Assembly (NCBI GenBank): GCA_918797485.1
Contig: CAKKNE010000002.1
Location: 4,402,001-4,466,000 of the forward strand
Length of the DNA stretch: 64,000 nt
Direction: 5' to 3'
Source: Pelagomonas calceolata
Taxonomy: Eukaryota
The notes beneath the pieces are model-generated. The model was not told the DNA's origin and did no database searches. It was given only the letters and a program-made list of their open reading frames with translations. Shown here in pieces: positions 60,159 through 64,000 of the stretch. Each line of letters starts with the position of its first letter. Positions within the stretch are counted from its first letter, which is position 1. The position numbers and the translations under genes are program-made.

Positions 60159-61052
60159 ATGGCTGCCGTCCTCCAAGCCCAGACGGACGCGCCAAAGGTC
60201 CTCCAGCCGGCCGACAACCCGGATGTGGATATTGTGCCGCTGCGCTTCGGCGTCAAGTACGCTTCCGAACAACCGATGCTCGCGCTGGAGTATCGCGACA
60301 AGGCGTCCGGCGAGCTCGCACTGAAGGAGATCCCGCTGACCCTCGCCGACGACAGCAAGGCGCTGGAGGTCTACGCCGCCTTAAAGGAAAGCCACGCGCG
60401 GTTCCTGGCGCCGTACATCGTGAGCGTGGCCCAGGTGGTCCGGTTGATTCAGCTCGCCATCGACAACCGAGGAAAGGCACCCCCCGCGCCGCCGCGCGGC
60501 GACGTGCCCATCCGGGCGCCGCCCGACGCGCCGCCGACGCCGCTCTCGCCGGACGTGCCGTCCGTGGCATCGGAAATCGACTCGCCGGACGTCCTTGCCG
60601 CGCCGGCGTCGCCCGCGTCGCCGCCCGTGCTCGCGTCGCCGCCGAAGGCCGCGCCGGAGAGCCCGCCGGTGCTCGCCAGTCCAGATGCGCCGCCGGCGTC
60701 GCCGCCCGAGATCCCGACGCTCGCATCACCACCGTCGGCGCCTGAGCCCAAGTTCGCCGTCGGCGACCGGGTCGAGGCGCGCTTCGAGGGCAAGGCGACG
60801 TACTACGCGGGGAAAGTCACGGAAGTGACCGGTTCCACCTATTCCATTGCGTATGATGATGGGGACCACGAGTCAAATGTGGCCGAGGACCTGATCCGGG
60901 TCTACGCAAAGACAGATGATTATTCGGAGGACGACGTCGAGGAGGAGTCCATCGCCGAGAGCGTCGGCTCCACCGCCAGTTTCGACGCGTCCGAGCCCAG
61001 TCGTGCAGAAGCCTCGGACTCCGACTCGGACGAGGCCTACGCCTTCGACTAA
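60159..61052 (+). CDS. CEP19-like N-terminal domain + Ser/Pro repeats + Tudor-like domain
   Basis: PLRFGVKY...P.LALEY; FAVGDRVEARF.G...YYAGKV...YSIAYDDGD.E. Confidence 0.6.
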   Translation: MAAVLQAQTDAPKVLQPADNPDVDIVPLRFGVKYASEQPMLALEYRDKASGELALKEIPLTLADDSKALEVYAALKESHARFLAPYIVSVAQVVRLIQLAIDNRGKAPPAPPRGDVPIRAPPDAPPTPLSPDVPSVASEIDSPDVLAAPASPASPPVLASPPKAAPESPPVLASPDAPPASPPEIPTLASPPSAPEPKFAVGDRVEARFEGKATYYAGKVTEVTGSTYSIAYDDGDHESNVAEDLIRVYAKTDDYSEDDVEEESIAESVGSTASFDASEPSRAEASDSDSDEAYAFD

Positions 61053-61063
61053 CAACACATTTT

Positions 61064-63525
61064 TTACCAGGCCCGCCCCAGATGCGTGTACTTGCCCTCC
61101 TTGACTTCCGTACTACGTCCGGTCGCATCGACCATCCGCAGTTTCTGGATCTCGTCGACGGCGATCTGCGTGGCGTTTCGCGGCGGCTTCGCCCCGAAGG
61201 GATCGTCGGCCGTCGGTAGATAACCGATCTGAATATCCGTCGACAGGTAGTCCATCGGGTCCTCGTCGACGCGCGTGCAGCCGTGGAAACCCCTCACATA
61301 ATAGCGAATGACCAGTTTCTTCCGCATGCCCGGACAGGGATCCCCGAACGTCTCATCTAAATCTAAGTCAGTGTCTAGGTGTAGTCTAGAACCACCTTGC
61401 GCGTTCGCGAGCCACTTCACGGCCTGCGCGGACCGATGCCGTCTTCATCATTCCTGGAGACGACTCATATCAACAAAGTGAAGGCGCCGCAGACACTGAT
61501 CTGGACCTCGGTCACGTTCCAGTTGAATTTCGGTTTTGTAGGATGTCCATAAGAGGCGTACCTCACTTCCACGGTGGGCATTATTGTAGGAATCCCAATG
61601 AGGACGTGTTCGCTACAAAAGGCCTTGCCTTCGTCCGTGTTCGTGAGTACGCGCTCGACAATGCCTTTTCTCTGCATAATGAAATTGGCCTCGTAGCCCG
61701 ACGCCGTCGCTTCCGGCGCTTCCGTGCGCCGTTCGGCGTCGTGGCCCACTATGAGATATTCGATATGCAGTAGTTTAGATTGGTAAGGTGTCGGGTCGCC
61801 GAGTTCAGCGTTCAGGTCGTCCGCGACGGTCGGGTCTACTTGTAATTTTTGTAGCTCCACCGACGCCCACGAAGCTAGCTCTTCCTCTGGAGAATCTCCA
61901 GCGAAGAATAGTAAAGAGCCGCCGCAGGCTTCGACCCTTCTTTGTACGAGTCCCGTGGCGTCGACACTCCCAGCCTTAAGCTGATAGAGCTTCTTGAGCT
62001 TCTCTTCGATGGCTGGCAGCTTCCTCAGGCGATTGTTATCTTCTCTCGTCAAAGCTAAGCCAGCAGTCCTTTTCGCGCGGATCGCTTGCCTGCGCGGAGC
62101 ACCACCCACGTCATCGTGAGATGGACACGAGTCGCGGGACGCCGAGACCAGCATGTCGAAGATGTCCTTGTGGTACCGGGCTTTCCACGCGTCGAGCAGC
62201 TCCTCCGTCCAGCCGTAGGACGCGCTCTCGATCAAAATCTGGGGCGCGACGGAGGGCGACGCGGCGACGGACATGGGGTACATGAGCCTGCCGTTGAGCT
62301 CGTACCTGCGGCGCGTGGTGGTGTCAGTACGGGCGTCGCGGCGACGGCGTGCGTCGTGTCGATGGCGTGGAGGTGGGAGCAGTCATCGTGTTGACGTCGA
62401 TGCGACGAGAGGGTGTGTATTAGGTCGCGGCGATGGCGTATGGGTGCCCCCAGACGCCATCGCCGCGACTTCCCGGCACGACACCACCAACGCCGCCACT
62501 GCTCCGAGAGAGGCTCACCGCCGCGGCCACGCGACGGCACGAATCGAGGCGTGGCCGCCAAGTCGAAGGCCCGGACACCGCGCAGCGGACTCGTGCATCT
62601 CGCCGGCACTCCCGTTGATCTCGTACTCGACCGTCAGCGTCTTGGCCCGACCTAACGACGGCTCGCCGAACCACGACGGCAGGTGCTCATCCCTCTTGAC
62701 AATACAAAACCTCCCTCGAGCGGCGTGCACGCGCGCTTGCAACGAGTCCGTCACGTCAAAGGCCCCCCTACCATTTTTGATGCCGCCCGGTTGCCCGTAT
62801 TGCGCCCGCACGATGTTGATGAGCGGTCGCGCCGCCCCGCCCTTAATTTCAAAGTCCTCCTTCAATCGCCCCGCGAAGTTGCCCTCCCACGTCGACACGG
62901 TGCCCCGCCGCCCATTTAAGATGTACCTTACAATAACAACCTTCCGAGCACCTGGTGCGGGATCCTTGCCGTTACTTAGTGTTCTTCGTAAATCCTCTGT
63001 CCTATCTAGGAACAATGACTCTCTAGCTGATTTCTCACAGAGCGCTTCGAGCGCAGCCGTGCAGTCCACCGCTTGAGAAGCATCACTCGGATGGCCGTAG
63101 GACGCCGCCAGGATCCGAATTTTCCCCTGCTCCCGGAGCCACTTCTTCTTCACCATACTTGCGATGGTCGAGGCGGGTTCGTGGATGAAGGAGCAGTGGT
63201 GACACAAGCAATAAGTTTTGACAAGAGCGGGATTCTTGTGCGCGTGGCCGCACTGGGGGCACCGCCGCTCGCCAACGGGCACATTATCTATATTCGGCCG
63301 CCACTGGGCCAACTTTTCTGGAGTCACGAGTGCCTCGGGGTCCGCTTCCAAGAGAATGTGGCTCTTCTTATTGTACCACCGCCGGTCGCGCTCGCCGATG
63401 GGGATGAGCTTTTTGGGCGGGGCGTTCAGCGCTCGCGCAAAGGCCTGGTACGATTCTATATCACCTATTTCCGGTTCATGCGGCGGCGGCTGCCACTCGT
63501 CCGTGTCGGGTGCTACAGCTGCCAT
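61064..63525 (-). CDS. Multi-exon protein with a Zn-finger and repeated SUEL-lectin/DUF3395-like modules; introns 62306-62590 and 61424-61506
   Basis: Four repeats of I..A.YG...D.T......(FG)DP.P...K.L...Y. Confidence 0.6.
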
Positions 63526-64000
63526 CTGTGTAGCGCTTGCTCTGTGCCGCTTATACCGCCTAGTAGTGGTGCCGCGCAGATGGGCGCGTCGACGGCGTCG
63601 CGTTGATGGCTTTTGGGCAGCCGCGTCGCGCGCGCGTCGACCGCTGCCCAATGGCGCTGCTGGAGCGCTTTGTTTGCTAAACTTTAGTGGGCATTAGGCT
63701 GCCCGCGGCCGGGACGTGCCTTCGGGGGTCGGGAGGGGTGCGGGGGCACCGGCTCTACGCGTGGAAGTGCCATCCGGGCGCCATGGGGGTGGCTTTGGCG
63801 CTGCAAGCGGCCTGCAAGGCAGCCTCCTTGCCGAGAGGCAGCCATGGCGAGCCCCGTGAGTCTTCTCGCGGAGGCTTGACGCCTCGTTACTAGCGACGCG
63901 TGTAACAATGATGCCTTGGCTGCAAAACGAGGCCCTCTGGCTTTTTTAGCACCAGCCTCGCTGAGGCCGGTTTGACAGTGTGTGCGTAGCGATGGGGGTC

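Noticed and set aside
63889..63910. CTAGCGACGCGTGTAACA as a motif copy
   Set aside because: Second CTAG arm missing
1..64000. Bacterial origin or operon structure; tRNA/rRNA; transposase
   Set aside because: Spliceosomal introns and eukaryote-specific genes (UBA2, SF3B2, LTN1) are present; no RNA gene or transposase motifs were recognised

Overview
Gene-dense, GC-rich eukaryotic nuclear DNA. Gene content, short spliceosomal introns and TIR/TSD-bearing introns suggest a pelagophyte stramenopile alga (Pelagomonas/Aureococcus-like); this is inference. About 40 protein genes lie mostly in alternating head-to-head and tail-to-tail pairs. They include UBA2, LTN1, SF3B2, a GLE1-like gene, signal peptide peptidase, type II NADH dehydrogenase, a Trf4-like polymerase, FKBP, AlkB-like and IPNS-like dioxygenases, and several unusual domain fusions. 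Three non-coding systems stand out. (1) A 20-25 bp CTAG-bounded element (consensus GCTAGTGTSTTACANGMCGCTAGC) occurs 15 times, once per spacer, all in gene-upstream spacers, including 12 of 15 divergent promoters. (2) Introner-type elements create introns: two have perfect 8-bp target-site duplications and three are decayed. (3) A CACGCCATCGACGCG motif recurs inside most introns. No rRNA, tRNA, CRISPR array or autonomous transposase was recognised. All domain calls come from reading motifs by eye, not from database searches.
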